This document shows positions 63,755-64,000 of a stretch of DNA of 64,000 nt, one piece after another. The position numbers were made by a program, and so were the translations under genes. The notes beneath the pieces were generated by a model. It was not told the origin of the DNA. It searched no databases and saw nothing but the letters and a program-made list of their open reading frames with translations. Source of the stretch: Octopus vulgaris. Its lineage: Eukaryota. The stretch spans positions 124,001-188,000 of the forward strand of contig OX597815.1 of the NCBI GenBank assembly GCA_951406725.2. The letters run 5' to 3'. Numbering within the stretch: position 1 is the first letter of the stretch; every line of letters starts with the position of its first letter.

Positions 63755-64000
63755 GCTCTCATGGCTTTTGAGCTTAACTGATTGGAAGTGTTATCATGTA
63801 CATTGTTTTGTCTTGGTATAAAAGATGGGCTACAGCAAATATTCTGCTCAGTACTACAGATTTGCTTGTCAGCTGTTTGAACTTAACCAGTTGAGCATGT
63901 CCCTGATCATAGATGATATGTGCATCTCTGATCATGAGCAGAAGTAGTGGGGGAGCATCATAGCCATGTGTTGAGAGGGATTCTTTTGGGTTTGAATAAT
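63755..64000 (+). mobile_element. Family C element, runs off window end
   Basis: GCTCTCATGGC..GGGCTACAGCAAATATTCTGCTC..GGGTTTGAATAAT; follows (AAT)n. Confidence 0.85.

Overview
AT-rich, repeat-dense eukaryotic DNA. The SINE, LINE and microsatellite repertoire resembles my recollection of coleoid cephalopod (Octopus-type) genomes; this is inference, as no search was run. No host protein-coding gene is supported, so the window looks intronic or intergenic, with only weak plus-strand splice-site candidates. Contents: (i) a near-full-length but disrupted R4/Dong-clade LINE (RT plus restriction-like endonuclease) and at least six 3' fragments of related families, all in (AAT)n tracts; (ii) a ~555-nt non-coding, stem-rich element with defined ends ('family C', 5 copies), always in those tracts and in the Dong orientation, the best candidate for an undescribed non-autonomous partner; (iii) many RTE-clade copies whose RT carries a C4HC3 PHD-type finger between the YADD and YLG motifs, with a modular 3' UTR and (GAT)n tail; two copies have fold-back 5' junctions; (iv) a young, CpG-rich, 5'-truncated CR1 with an open 554-aa ORF; (v) tRNA-derived SINEs, piggyBac- and hAT-type MITEs, a Tc1/mariner remnant, a 143-bp palindrome, and mini- and microsatellites. 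Boundaries of degraded repeats are approximate (about +/-20 bp).
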